Made by a program: the position numbers and the translations under genes. Under the pieces are notes generated by a model. That model was not told the DNA's origin and ran no database searches. It worked only from the letters and a program-made list of their open reading frames with translations. Below, piece by piece: positions 1 through 28,830 of a stretch of 64,000 nt of DNA; positions within the stretch are counted from its first letter, which is position 1, and each line of letters opens with the position of its first letter. The stretch is from the human T2T-CHM13v2.0 reference genome, Homo sapiens, in assembly GCF_009914755.1 (NCBI RefSeq), contig NC_060931.1; one strand, given 5' to 3'.

Positions 1-241
1 AGAAAGACTAATTGCTGAGATTAGAAGCAAAATTTTTGTAAGTGAATCATTAAGTATAATATTGAAGGGAGCCAGGCCGGGCACAGTGGCTTACGCCTGT
101 AATCCCAGCACTTTGGGAAGCTGGGGCAGGCAGATCACTTGAGGCCAGGAGTTCACGACTAACCTGGCCAACATGGTGAAACCCCGTCTCTACTAAAAAT
201 ACAAAAATTAGCCGGGTGACGCATGCCTGTAATCCCAGCTA

Positions 242-418
<177 letters not shown>

Positions 419-419
419 C

Positions 420-5200
<4,781 letters not shown>

Positions 5201-5787
5201 CATGGTTCCTTAAATGATTAAGTTATCTCAGTATCATTTTTGATTATCTGATCTCTTATCACATTATTTCCTAGACTTTTTTTTTAAGAGCAGTTTTAAT
5301 TTCATAGAAAATTTGAGCCAGGTGTGGTAGCTCGTGCCTGTAATCCCTATACTTTGAGAGGCCAAGGTAGTAAGATTGCTTTAATGCAGGAGTTGGAGAC
5401 CAGCCTGGGCAACACAGTGAGACCTCGTCTCTACAAAAGAAAAAAAAATTAGCCAGGCATGGTGGTACACGCCTGTGGTCCCAGCTACTTGGGACGAGGG
5501 GTGGGAGGATCACTTGAGCCCAGGAGTTCGAGGCTGCAGTAAGCCGAGATTGCACCACTGCACTCCAGCCTGGATGATAGAGCAAAACCTTGTCTCAAAA
5601 AAGAAAAAGAAAAATTGAGCAGAAAGTATAGTATTTAAATTTATTCCCTCACCTCCTTCTCTACACACAGTTACCCCTATCATTAACATATTGCATTAGT
5701 GTGGTATGTTTGTTACAATTGATGAGTCAATATTGTTCCTTTTTTTTTGAGACAGAATCTCGCTCTGTTGTCTAGGCTGGAATGTAG

Positions 5788-6006
<219 letters not shown>

Positions 6007-6277
6007 TAAGCCACTGTGCCCAGCCCCCAATATTGTCACATATTATTAACATTCATAGTTTACATTAGGGTTGACTCTGTGTTGCACATGTTACAGGTTT
6101 TGACAAATGTATAATGACATGTATACACCATTACAATATCCTACAGACTAGTTTCACTGCCCTAAACATGTCCTGTTCTCCACCTTCTCACTACATTTTT
6201 GAAATGGTATCTTTGTCATATATCAAATTGCCACTTAATGAAGATCCCTCACATTTTTTTTGTTTCTCAATATTTAA

Positions 6278-6857
<580 letters not shown>

Positions 6858-6937
6858 TGAAATGAGAACATGTCTGATGTTTCACTATTACATGTGATGT
6901 CTGCTGTTGATTTCTTAAAAATTTTTTTTTGTTTTAA

Positions 6938-7270
<333 letters not shown>

Positions 7271-8193
7271 TAGTAGAGTCAGGGTCTCACTATGTTGCCT
7301 AGGCTGGCCGTGAACTCCTGGTTTCAAGCAATTCTGCCTTAGCCTACCAAAGTGCTGGGATTACAGATGTAACCCACTGCTCCCAGCCTGAATCTATTAC
7401 TGTTAACTATAGTCATCCTACAGTGATATAGAATATTAGAACTTTTTCCTCCCATCTGGCTGTAATTTTATGTCCTTTAACAAACCTCTCTCTATCCCTC
7501 CTTCCGCCTCCCCTTCCCTCTACCCTTTCCAGCCTCTAGTATCTTCTGTTCTGCTTTTTACTTGGATAAGATCAACCTTTTTAGCTTACACATATGAGTG
7601 AGAACATGTAGCATTTAACTTTCTGTTCCTAGCTTATTTCAACTAACATAATGTCTTCCAGTTCCATCCACATTGCCGTGAAAGACAAGATTTCATTCTT
7701 TGCTATGGCTGAATATTATTCCATGGTGTATATATACCATATTTTCTTTATCAATTCGTCTATCACTGGACACCTAGGTTGACTCTATATCTTGGCTGTT
7801 GTGCATAGTGCTGCAGTAAACATGGGGGTGCAGATGTCTCTTTGTTATAATGATATCACTGGAGTACAGTGATGCAATCACAACTCACTGCAACCTCCAC
7901 CTCTGGGGCTCAAGTGATCCTCTTACCTCAGCACCACCCCCACCTCCAGTCACTGGGACTACAGACACACACCACCACGCCTGGCTAATTTTTGTATTTT
8001 TTTTTTGTAGAGACAGAGTTTCATCATGTTGCCCCGGCTGGTCTCGAATTCCTAGGCTCAAGCAATCCACCTGCCTTGGCCTCCCAAAAATGCTAGGATT
8101 GGAGGTGTGAGCGACCACACCGAGCCCCCATTTCTTGTCTGTGGATATACCTTTCTTTAGCTTATTAATAACAGGAGGGGCCTTTCACTATAG

Positions 8194-8413
<220 letters not shown>

Positions 8414-10302
8414 TAGCCAGGATGGTCTCAATCTGCTGACCTTGTGATCCGCCCGCCTCAGCCTCCCAAGGTGCTGGGATTACAGGCATGAGTCGCTGCA
8501 CCCGGCAGTCCCATCTCTTATTGGAAATTATCAGTCTATTGTAGTATAGGCAAATAAATGTACCATTTGGATACAAAAGACTCTTCCTACTTATTTTCCC
8601 CACCCCTCCAACCATTAATATCCAGCTGGACATTAATCTTAGACTAAAACTCAGTTGCTGTACAAAGATCTACATTTCTTCAACCTCCTTCAGTGCCTAT
8701 AAAGTCATTCTACTTATAAACTCTGTTGTTGAGTATGCCTTGGAGATGTTTTTGCTGTATTTTGGTTTAACCCTATGTTTCATAGAAGTTCCATCACTGG
8801 CCATAGATTTCTCCCCATGATCTGATATAATCTGATTTGCTTGATGCTTTATCATCTTTATTCTTCACTCCCCACCCCTTTCTCCCTCTCCTTCTCTCCC
8901 TCCTTTGACCTCCAAGGCAACTTGATCACTTGTTTTTTGGTGGTAACCAAATAGTTAACTTGGTTATGCTACTTGGTATTTTTTGGTATAGTATGTAGCA
9001 AAAACACCTGAGAGATCTGCCTCTGTACCCCCTCCCCAAATGAAATAAAATTTAAAAATTCAAGACACTATGAGAATAAAAATAGCTTTAGTTATAAACC
9101 TGCATATAAGTTTTAAGCAATAGTCAATACTAGGCCTTATTTGAAAATCTTCAAATAAGCTGTAAAAGTGAAATTTTGTTCATTTCCTAGCCTGCTATTT
9201 GAGGCTTATTTTCTCTCTCATTCTAAACATTATTATTTTATTTTATCTTCACAAAATAATACAATAACAGATTTATCTATCAGAAACTATATTAACAGTT
9301 TTAGTAAAATACTTAAAATTTGCAAAATGCAAATCCTCTGAGCCATGAAGCCAATCTTAGATTTGTAAGCGATATTTTTTTTACTCTGAATATATTATTT
9401 GCCTCATATTCCCAGTGCCTAGGACAGTCTTTAATACATTGTATACACCAAGTTTTCTGTAAGCCTAATCTCTATATTTTGTCTTTAACTTCGTTAAGAA
9501 ATTAAGATTTTATTTGGCAAAAAGGACATTTATTTTTCTTGATATTCATTTATAAGTGTTCTAGTAAGCCTTAAATTTTTTCTTTATTATTCCGTTTTCC
9601 CCACATTTTAATTAAGTATTACTCAGAGCTGCCTTCTTTAAGCAGCTTATGGTGATACTATTTTGACGTTGGTCAGAAATCAGAATTTAAAACTGGCTGC
9701 TATCCAGCTTCTATCAGAAGTGCATTTGAGAGAAGTGTTATTTAATAAAAGATTGCTGAAAGGACATTTAGTTCATCTCCTCTCTGTATTCTGAGCTGTT
9801 TCTGTTTCAAGTTAGATCTGTGAATGCTACTTTCTTAGGAAATGCAGTGTATGTTCTCAATTTCATCAAGGATAAATAATGGAAAATAAATCATATAAAA
9901 ACTAATTGCTGTGTTTGAAAAACTGTCAGGGTGTCAGGGGCACTGCCATGATGTCATTGAATTTCCCCCAGAAAAGCTTACCATGAGAAATGTCCTAGAA
10001 TCTGTGTCAGAAAAAAAAAAAAAAAAAGACTTCTCTGAAGGGTTAGTAGACTTGTTTCTGATTATGAGGAACTTTTTCTTTCCTCTTGACTGTTGGAAAA
10101 CTCAGTGCAAAATTTTTATACTACATGGCAGCGACTCTGTAAGTCCTTTCTAAATATGTCTTCAAAAGAAATTCTGCGCTGGAAAAAGATTGGCTTTAAA
10201 TAGAAAATAGAGATAAAGCATTTGGCAAGCACCTTTTTAACATGTATTGCCAAGCTAGGCTAGTGAGCCTCTTTTTATTTTATGTATTTTTCCTTTGATT
10301 AG

Positions 10303-10405
10303 AAAACGTTGTGTGACGTGATCCTCATGGTCCAGGAAAGAAAGATACCTGCTCATCGTGTTGTTCTTGCTGCAGCCAGTCATTTTTTTAACTTAATGTT
10401 CACAA
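10303..10405 (+). CDS. KLHL7: KLHL7 coding exon 2 (BTB start, [34 protein letters not shown])
   Basis: Polypyrimidine tract and AG at 10301-10302; GTAAGT donor at 10406. 103 nt. Translation is the BTB signature and matches KLHL7 as I know it. Confidence 0.97.
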
Positions 10406-10715
10406 GTAAGTATCTTAAGGTAAAACATGCCATTATTTCTTCTATGAGAATGAAGTAAAATCTAAAAGAGAATATGTCATTTTTCTAATTTTTAAAGCAG
10501 TTAAGAACTTAAGGCCACAGAACAGTGAAGAGATTGAAAAAGTAGTCAGCTGATAACCAAAGGAAAAAATGTCCTTTCATTAGACCTAAAGGCCTGATGC
10601 CTTTATTGATGGAGGTACAGCTTCTACTTAAAAGCCCAGGGTTGAGGTGGAGGTTGCAGTGAGCCGAGATTGCACCACTGCACTCCATCCTGGGCGTCAG
10701 AGCGAGACTCTGTCT

Positions 10716-10749
<34 letters not shown>

Positions 10750-11213
10750 CCCAGGGTTTTCTTTTTAACCTTAGGTGGAAAGACAAAGAAGCAGATAAAT
10801 TTCATAATATTTTAGCCGGCAAGTTAAACTTTAAAAAAAAAATAGCTGTAGCATATTGTGCCAGAAAGAACCCTGGATTTGGTGTTCAGAACTGGGTCCA
10901 AGTCCTACTTCCTCTACTTAGTACTATTTTATGAGCTTGGGAAAAAAACAAAATCTAGTTTTATGTTTCTGTTAATATGGTCTTAAAAAGAAGTACACTA
11001 ATTCACTCTTTTCTTAGCTTAATTTAAGGCACATCTTGGGTGGAGAATTAATTTGCATTGACTATAGAAATGTTGGGCTTGCTGGGGCATTTTCTTCCAG
11101 AGAGAACTGTCCCGTTATTTTTCTGCATATTTAACATGGCCTGGAATGCCGTGGTTCCTCAGTCAAACTTGTGGTAGTACAGATGCCATTTATGTTTCTT
11201 CTCTTCATTGTAG

Positions 11214-11307
11214 CTAACATGCTTGAATCAAAGTCCTTTGAAGTAGAACTCAAAGATGCTGAACCTGATATTATTGAACAACTGGTGGAATTTGCTTATA
11301 CTGCTAG
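11214..11307 (+). CDS. KLHL7: KLHL7 coding exon 3 (BTB; NMLESKSFEVELKDAEPDIIEQLVEFAYTA)
   Basis: TAG acceptor, GTGAGT donor, 94 nt; phase compatible with exons 2 and 4. Confidence 0.97.
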
Positions 11308-11573
11308 GTGAGTTAAGTATTATTTTTATTTTAGAGAAGTAATGTTGGTATCTACCATGGCAAAGCATTGTCGTAACAAATAGTTGCACTACAAATTCTT
11401 CAAAATGAAAAACCGCAAGGATGGAAGAGTTTGAGTATCCTATGCCATACTAATTCAAGGACTGAAAGTTTAATTTTGTGTTTAATTTCAGGGGCTATTA
11501 GGATACATTCCACAGTAACATTTAAATAATAAAAAATCATGGGTAACTAATATTCCCTCTAACTTATTTGCAG

Positions 11574-11698
11574 AATTTCCGTGAATAGCAACAATGTTCA
11601 GTCTTTGCTGGATGCAGCAAACCAATATCAGATTGAACCTGTGAAGAAAATGTGTGTTGATTTTTTGAAAGAACAAGTTGATGCTTCAAATTGTCTTG
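11574..11698 (+). CDS. KLHL7: KLHL7 coding exon 4 (ISVNSNNVQSLLDAANQYQIEPVKKMCVDFLKEQVDASNCL)
   Basis: CAG acceptor, GTAAGA donor, 125 nt, in frame. Confidence 0.97.
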
Positions 11699-12286
11699 GT
11701 AAGAAATATCAGATTCCTGTTGTGTGTTTATTTTGTTTTATCCTTTATTTCTAATTTAATTTTTTAAAAAGGCTGATTTTAAGTATCCGCATTTAACCTT
11801 AAAGACATTGTCCACTAGAACGTTTTCTAGTAATAAAATTTAAGAGGGGCTTAGAGAGATGCATATTAACCTGGGCAGCAGCAAGCTTATTAAATATTAT
11901 ATCAACATTTTCTAAAACACAAAATGGCATTTTTAATGGTTTTTCACGGATCTAGGACAATGAATAAGGATTGCATGTGGTGATAGTAACATGATTATGA
12001 ATGTTTCCTTTTATTTAAGCACTTATGATATGCTAAGGTCTATCACAGATGAGGCAACTTATAGTTAGGTAACTTGCCAGAGGTCACATAGCTAGTGTAT
12101 GAACGAGCTGGGATTGGAACTCAAGTAATCTAATTCTTAGCTACTACACCTTGCTGCCTCCCCACATTGTCAAAATGCTGTTTTATACTAGAAAACATAA
12201 CCTTAGTCTATAAATTAAGATACTAACTGAGGGACTGCTATAGCCATTTTGAAGCTATTAATAAAGTATTTTCTATTTTGTGATAG

Positions 12287-12345
12287 GAGAAGCAGAAAAA
12301 GTTGATCAGAGCCTTCCAGAGTGTGGTATGCTTTTCACTGTGTGA
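12287..12345 (+). CDS. KLHL7: KLHL7 alternative terminal exon after exon 4 ((G)EAEKVDQSLPECGMLFTV*), BTB-only short isoform
   Basis: ttttctattttgtgatAG acceptor, phase 1 matching exon 4. Stop at 12343-12345; downstream AATAAA at 12551. Confidence 0.7.
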
Positions 12346-12386
12346 TGATCCTTAGTGGCACATGAATGAACGTCCAGATGTTTGTG

Positions 12387-12898
12387 CAGTAGCCCACCCT
12401 TATCTGCAGGATACGTTCCAAGACCCCCAGTGAATGCCTGAAACTGCAGATAGTACTGAATCCTATATATACTGTGTTTTTTATGATACATACATGCCTA
12501 TGATGAAGTTTAATTTCTAAATTAGACAGTAAAAGATTAACAACAATAATAATAAAATAGAACAACTTTAACAATATGCTAGCATCACTACTCTTATATT
12601 TTGGGGCCATTATTAAGTAAAATAAGGGTTACTTGAACAGAGCACTGCAATACTAGGGTAGTCCACTTCATAACCAGGATGGTTTCTTAAGTGACAGGCA
12701 GGTAGGTTATACAGCATGGATATGCTGGTCAAAGGGATGATTTCTGTCCCAGGCAGGATGGAGCAGGATGACGTGAGATTTCATCACACAACTCAGAACA
12801 GCACACAATTTCAAACATATGAATTGTTTGTTTCTGGAATTTTCCATTTAATGTTTTTGAACCACAGAAAGCAAAACCATGGATAAGGGGGACTACTC
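12387..12898. mobile_element. MER44 (Tigger-derived) DNA transposon MITE
   Basis: Terminal inverted repeats cagtagcccacccttatc / ggataagggggactactc, with TA at the right end; internal sequence typical of MER44. Confidence 0.8.
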
Positions 12899-15569
12899 TA
12901 ATTCCATTTTCCTACGCTTGTTGTGATTCAGAGGCTTTAAAGAAAGGGAAGAGCGCTGGTATAGGAGTGCTAGGAAAGCAGGGAGGAAAGAAAAGTAGAA
13001 TGAAGGAAAGTATAAAGAGGGGTCAAAGAATCCAGTCAGTGCTAAGATATTTGACCCAGGAGAAAAGAAGAGGGGTGCTAAATGACAAGAACGCAAAGAC
13101 TGATGCAAAGGGCTCCTGAAGATGCTTCAGAATTTTGGCAAGTCTCCTCTGTCCCTACTTTTTGTAGGCTTTCCTCCTTCCGGACACTTTAGTACTCCTT
13201 CCTGCATACCCCCTCACTGTGAGCACAGAGAGAGAGATCTTGGAAGGCAGGTGGAAAGCAGCAGAATAAATTTCAGGAGGAAGTAAAAGTCAGGTGAAGG
13301 GAATAAAAATGAGACTTAGCCTAATATCCAGAAAAGGGATTGGACTAGATGGAGCAGGAAGAGAAATAGCTATGCAGGTGAATATACTGAAGGAATTTTT
13401 AAAAGGTAGCCATGGGTCTACATATTGAAAAGATCCCTATATTAGAAAATAAAAGGCCAATCTCTAATCCTACCTGTACAGCAGAGACACTCTGGCATGA
13501 GTCCTTCCATCTCTTTGGGCCGTAATTGGGGCTTCACTCATCAATAAGATTTATATTCCTAAGACTTAAGGTTACTTCCATTATATAAATAATTATCTTC
13601 AGACAATACTATAAACGGGGAATTACCTTAATTAAGTTTTTGGAAATGATGGCTTATGTATGTTTCTATAACTCCCTAGCACTCTAAATTTCCTCCTGGG
13701 GTGATTCAACTACAAAGAAGAATGGCTGAAATATAGGTAGGTAGTAGATGTGGTGGTGCAAAGCATAGTGTGGAACCTGGAGTGAGTCTGTGCTAAGCAC
13801 ATCTTAGGCTTTGGGCTTCTGAGGAGACCATTTAGTAGTTTTGCCTCTGGATACCTTCTATCCTTACTGTTCACAAAGCTGGGAGGAAGGACAGCCCCGC
13901 CACCTAGAAAGTAGCCTGATTCCTGGCTAAGCTTCTGGCAAAGACAGTGGCCCAGCCAGGTGAGCCAAGTGCCATAGCCCAATAACTAGGGAAACTGCTT
14001 CTGCTTGCTTTCTGTTTAGCCTTGAGCATGGCTCTCAATGTCAGCTGATTGGATAATTCCTAGCTTAGTTTTCACCACCTGTCAATTCTCTGCTGCCCAG
14101 AAAGAGTCCATCAATCGAGCTTCCACAAATGCTAAAGGAACCGGTGGCAGCTGATGGAATCGGGCAAAGATCATGTAAAAAATTAAACCCAGTACCAGCC
14201 TGGCCAACATGGTGAAACCCCTCTCTACCAAAAAAATACAAAAATTAGCCGAGTGCAGGCGTGGTGGCACACACCTGTAGTCCCAGCTACTCCGGAGGCC
14301 GAGGCGGGAAAATCGTTTGAACCGGGAGGCGGAGGTTGCAGTGAGCCGAGATCTTGCCACTGCACTCCAGCTGCATGAGACAGTGAGACCCTGTCTTGGA
14401 AAAAACAAAAAAAAACAGTAGTTTGAGGAACAGAAAACCAAGCTAAACAGCCAAAATGAATGGCTCCTGTAAGGCAAATTTAATGTGAGAAATAGAAGGG
14501 AACAAATTAACCGGGCATGGTTGTGCGCGCCTGCAGTCCAAGCTACTCCAGAGGCTGAAGCGGGAAAATCGCTTGAACCGGGAGGCGGAGGTTGCAGTGA
14601 GTGAGCCGAGATTGCGCCACTGCACTCTAGGCTGGACTACAGAGTGAGACTCTGTCTCAAGAAAAAAAAAAAAAGCAAACTTAAAAATACGATGTGTAAA
14701 AATATGGTTTTACAGTTTTTTGACATTCAATTGAATTGAAAAATAGAATCGATACTCTTAAAACTCAAACCGAAGAAGATCAAACAGGAAGTTGCCTCAT
14801 GATACGAAACAAAAATGCAAAGGAAGCCACTAGTGAGAAGATAAAAGAAAGGGAAGGAAGATACAGGAACTGCAGTGTGAGGTAGGAGTTCCAGAAGGAA
14901 CAGATGGAGAAAGCAATAATCAAATAAGACTACGACTTCTTTGGGTTTAAAAAAAAAAAAAAAAAAGAACTTTAACTTTCGGACTAAGTTATACTGAGTA
15001 TTAAACCTGATCAATGAACTAAGATATTCCTCCCTCAGATATATTCTAGTGATATTTTTCACCTTCAAAGATCAAAAGAGAGCTTACATTTGGGGTGATA
15101 AAAATATTCTGGAACTAGATAGTGGTGACTGTGGTACAACATTGCAAATGTAGTAAATGTCACGGTAAGTTTTATGTGTATTTTACCACATTAAAAAAAA
15201 AAGTGACCCTACAGCTGGCAGGTCCCAAAAGAAACTCCCACACCCACTAGCAGTCACTCCCCATTCTTCCTCTGGCAGGCCTGGCAACCATGAATCTGCT
15301 TTCTGCCCCTATAAATTTGCCTATTCTGAGTGTTTCATATAAATTGAATCATACCAAAGGTGGCCCTTTGTGTCTGGCCTCTTTGAGCACAGTGTTTTTA
15401 GGGTTCATCCATATTGTAGCATTTATCAGTACTTCATTTCTTCTTATGGCTGAATAATATTCCATTGCATGGATATACCAAAATGTGTTTATCCATTTAC
15501 TGATGGGTGAATGTTTGAATTGTTTCCAAGCCAGCACATTTTATAGAGGAAAAGGAAAGCACTGGTTAA

Positions 15570-17320
<1,751 letters not shown>

Positions 17321-17521
17321 ATTAAGAGTAAACCTATGGCACTATGTAAAGTGAACATACTTTGTTGTTACGAAATAGAAATAATAGATCAGGCATGTCT
17401 GGGGAGTATTCCCTTTGCATAACAAACACAATTAGTAAACAGGTATAGCAACAAAAAGAATTTACATAATGGTTAACAGGGATCAAGAAAGTGACTTTCC
17501 TGAAAGAGTTATTTATTCCTG

Positions 17522-17710
17522 ATGACATTGATACCTGGTAGTGTTCGCTGCCAACCTATCTTAAGGGTAAAGAATTCTGCTGGTGAGTGTCATCTGAGCA
17601 ACCATTTAAAAATCCGAATCATTTTAGATTTCTTAGTGGGGCAACAAGGATGCATGCTTATGTACTGTGACGTGGTAGGAGAAGTGGGCCAATATGAGAG
17701 GTGGAGATAA
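17522..17710 (+). mobile_element. Isolated retroviral env TM (immunosuppressive-domain-like) fragment
   Basis: LKIRIILDFLVGQQGCMLMYC (17606-17668) resembles the ISD consensus LQNRxALDxLxAxxGGxC; fusion-peptide-like LMTLIPG lies upstream. Confidence 0.45.
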
Positions 17711-17999
17711 AACTCGACTGTCTTCCATGGCATATTTACTTTTACTTGATGCTAAATCAAATGAAACAAGACCTTGTACAGCTGTTATTAACTGCCTTTG
17801 AAAATTTGGCCCTTTTTTCCCAGGAACTTGAAATAAAAATGCCAACAAATGGTTCTTGTGTATTTTGGTAGAAAAAAACTTATTTTCCTTTTCTTTTGAT
17901 TGAAAAAAAATTATTGTTGATCTTTGAAAATGAATCAAGGCTTTAAAGAGGATTATAGTAGATATTTCATTCTTTATAAAACTTTCCTTAATGCCTATT

Positions 18000-22056
<4,057 letters not shown>

Positions 22057-23480
22057 ATATAATGCCCTTATTTGAATGATATGTGCTTTCTAAAAATGTT
22101 GTGACCTGCTAAACATGTATTATCACTAGGCTATCAGGCATACATTAGTCTTTATTAGAATAAAACAAAATTTCATAACTGTGGCTATTTGTCTTTGGTC
22201 CTTCACAGGGCCTACTCTGTCCCGGCTTCCTTTCTGCTGCCCTGATGTCTCACTGGCTTCTGAATGAGTGACTGTGTAAAAATAAGTTGGTCTTAAAACA
22301 GTAAAAAAGAAAGAATATCAATATAAAAGAATTTACAGGCTTTCAAAGAGAAGCAGTATAGTATATTACAAAAAATAACCATAAATTCTTTCCATCCATT
22401 TGTGTCCACCCTTTTGCAATGTGACTTGGTAGCTCCTCCCATCTCCCTTGTAATCTGTGGCCGTGTGACTTGCTATAGCCTGTGGAACATTAGCAAATGT
22501 GAAGTTAGCAGAGGATAGAAAAATGCTTGTGCTTTGGGATTTGCCCTCCATTGTTGCTGGGAACTCTTCTGCTGCCATGAGAAGAAGGCTAGAGACCATA
22601 GGGCAGAGATCAACTATCCCAGCTGGTGTCTACAACAAGTTACTTAGAAAAGAAAGAGAATCAGAATGCCATTAATTTTTTATCTGCAGCACAAAATTAG
22701 AACATAATGTCACAAGGTTGCAAATGAGAGGGAGAGAAAATTGCATTTCAAGGCATCATTCATTTGGATATTGCAAGAAAACAATCACATGTATCCCTTC
22801 TGAGAAAAGTATTAGAAGTACTGAAGCTAGCTAAGTGAGAGAGGTAAAGAGCTCAAGATAAGGATGTACCGGTTAGGTTTCTTACTTGCAAGCAAAATAA
22901 ACCAAATGTTGCTGGTTTACACAGAAAGGGAATTTATGGAATGGCTAGTGAGTAACTCATAGCATTGCCCAGAAATCTCAAGTCAGATTTTAAAAAGAAG
23001 GATTTGAATAACACAAACTTGTTTTAGCTAGATAACACAGAATGTTTTACCTAGTCATCAGAGAACACAGATTGTTTTCAGATACCCTTGGAGTATTTAC
23101 AAGTACTGATCATCAGCCACAGAAAAGCTGGAGCACCTAAAAAAGAGGAGACACAGGCCACGTCCCCTGATTACAGTGCAGTAAAACTAAAAATTAACTA
23201 TGGAAGGACAGCTTTTCTCTCCCACCCCATTCTGAACACTTGAAAATTTAACCAAAGAATTATTTAGAAAATTAATTTTTAGAGATATTAAAGGTAAACT
23301 TATAGGCTATATAGAAACATGGCAATAAGCACACAATAAACTGAAATCTTTGGAATATAACCAAAGTATTTCTTAGAAGGAAATTGGTAGCCTTAAATTT
23401 TTTTCCAAATAAATGTATTTATTTTTATTCTTTCTTGACTTATGTATCCTACTCAGAGAAAAATAATTTGTAAACACCTA

Positions 23481-23801
<321 letters not shown>

Positions 23802-23972
23802 TCAAGAAAAGAAAAAATAATAAAGCAGAGAAATAAAACTAATAGACTATAGACTTGGAAAAACTAAAGCTAAGTATTTCAAAGAATGATACAAAATAAC
23901 CTCAGACTTAACAAGTCTTATCAAGAAGAAAAGATCAAAGAACAGCATCAAGAATTAGAACTATAGACATGA

Positions 23973-24701
<729 letters not shown>

Positions 24702-25009
24702 GGCACGGTGGTTCACACCTGTAATCCCAGCACTTTGGAAGGCCAAGGCGGGTGGATCATGAGGTCAGGAGTTTAAGACCAGCCTGGCCAAGATGGTGAA
24801 ACCCCGTCTCTACTAAAAATACAAAAATTAGCTATGCATGGTGGCATGCGCCTGTACTCCCAGCTACTTGGGAGGCTGAGGTAGGGAATTACTTGAAACC
24901 TGGGAGGTGGGGTTTGCAGTGAGCCGAGATCGGGCCACTGCACTCCAGCCTGGGCGACAGAGCAAGACTCCATCTTAAAAAAAAAAAAAAAAAAAAAAAG
25001 AAGGTATAA

Positions 25010-25180
<171 letters not shown>

Positions 25181-26299
25181 TAGCTGGGATTATAGATGCG
25201 CGCCACCACACTCAGCTGATTTTTGTATTTTTAGTAGAGATGGGGTTTTACCGTGTTGGCCAGGCTGGTCTCAAACTCCTGACCTCAAGTGATCCCCACC
25301 TAGGCCTCCCAAAGTGCTGGGATTACAGGCATGAGCCACCATGAAGATGTATTTCTAATTAGTGCTCCAGGCTTGAAGGCTTTGTGGGTTAATTCTATCA
25401 ACCTTTCAAAGAATAGATTAATTCTTACGTTATTTAAATTGTTCTAAATCTCTAGAAAGGGTAGAAAACTTGCCAGCTCATTCTCCTGGGGTAGGGTTAC
25501 CATAATAGCAACATTGGATGAAGAAAGTGTGGGCTTGTATATACGTGTATGTGTACAAACACATATAACATTTTAGTTTCATTGAAAAAGATTTATTAAT
25601 GCTAAAAAAAAAAAAAAAACAAGAATACCCCTCGTGTGGAATGGGGATAGTGGGAAAGGTTATGCATGTGTGGTGACAACAGGGACATGGGAACTCTGTA
25701 ATGTTTCTTCAGTTTTGCTATAAACCTAAAACTGCTCTGAAAAAAATGAAGTTTATTTTAAAAATAATAATGCTTTGTGACCAGCTAGGATTTACTTTAA
25801 AAATGACACAATGGTTCAATCATTTCAATGTCAAGAAATCTAGTAACATAATTTACTATGCTAACAAGCTGTAGGAGAAAACTGAGTACATAAAATCATA
25901 GCAGCAGATGCTGAAGGCACCTTTTGTGATTTCAGTAGCCATTTCTGATGTTTAAATAAGCAAAAATAATAATCCTTAAAATAGGAATACTACTGGGTGA
26001 AACTATTAGAAGTGTACAAATACAGCCAACTTTTCACCATGAGCATCAAACATGTCATGGCATTGGTTAGTAAATTTTACAAAGGAGGTGGAAAATGCCA
26101 GCTAATCTAAGTTGGTTAACAAGCATCAGCTTTGAGAACCTTTATGGCACAAATATGAAAGCATCAAAATTCATTAAATGAAGACAATGTGAAATTGAAA
26201 CATGGAAAAACAGATAATGAATTGAAAAAAAGTCAACATGATTAAGGATGCTTGCCACTTGATCACATACAAAAATAATTTGTAGTTTTATATAGAAGA

Positions 26300-26536
26300 G
26301 GGAGCAGACTTTTCCTGTAAAGGATCAGAAAAGTAAATATTTTAGGCTTTATGGACCACATGTGGTCCTTATCCCTCCTCCTTTCCTTTCCGTCTTCACT
26401 TCTCCCTTTTCTCCTCCTCTTTTTTTTTTTTTCCTTAACCTTTCAAAAAAAATGTAAAAGCTATTCTTAGTTGCTGACCCTACAAAACAGGCTATGGGCT
26501 AGATTTTGCCCATAAACAGTACTTTGCAGACTCCTG
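26300..26536. mobile_element. MER58-like DNA transposon
   Basis: gcagacttttcctgtaaagg...aaatattttaggcttt...tttgcagactcctg. Confidence 0.6.
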
Positions 26537-26687
26537 ACATAAAAGTTTATATCTGAATAAGTTTGATGTATGTCATGTTTTTAAGTGGAGCTCCTCCATG
26601 CTGCAGAAGTTGTCCCAAAGTAATACAAAAGTTCAGTGCAATTCTGATTAATATCACATGGAGATTTTGTAAAGTAGAATGTGATAA

Positions 26688-26879
<192 letters not shown>

Positions 26880-26881
26880 TA

Positions 26882-27175
<294 letters not shown>

Positions 27176-27283
27176 TTATGAAATTTACTCAACTAATTTT
27201 CCTGAAGTCATGCTTCATCTTGAATGTATACTTGGTTTTTCTAAAAATGATTTTCTATTCTTTTATTTTCTTTCTGTGTTTAG

Positions 27284-27459
27284 GTATAAGTGTGCTAGCG
27301 GAGTGTCTAGATTGTCCTGAATTGAAAGCAACTGCAGATGACTTTATTCATCAGCACTTTACTGAAGTTTACAAAACTGATGAATTTCTTCAACTTGATG
27401 TCAAGCGAGTAACACATCTTCTCAACCAGGACACTCTGACTGTGAGAGCAGAGGATCAG
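27284..27459 (+). CDS. KLHL7: KLHL7 coding exon 5 (BACK domain; ISVLAECLDCPELKATADDF...AEDQ)
   Basis: TAG acceptor, GTGACT donor, 176 nt; lies within ORF 27178..27597. Confidence 0.97.
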
Positions 27460-27661
27460 GTGACTAAATTGCCTTCTCACATTTTTCTTAATAAAAATGT
27501 CTTTATTGGTTTCTTAAAACTCATGTTTGGACACATGACAAGGGAAAGAGTCATATTAGGAAAGAATATGTTCTTTACACTAAACAGAGTATTGTAATCT
27601 TAGGTGCTTGCCAGGCTGGCTCTTTGAGAAATAGGCCACTTCATAGAGATAAAGCCATTGG

Positions 27662-28830
<1,169 letters not shown>

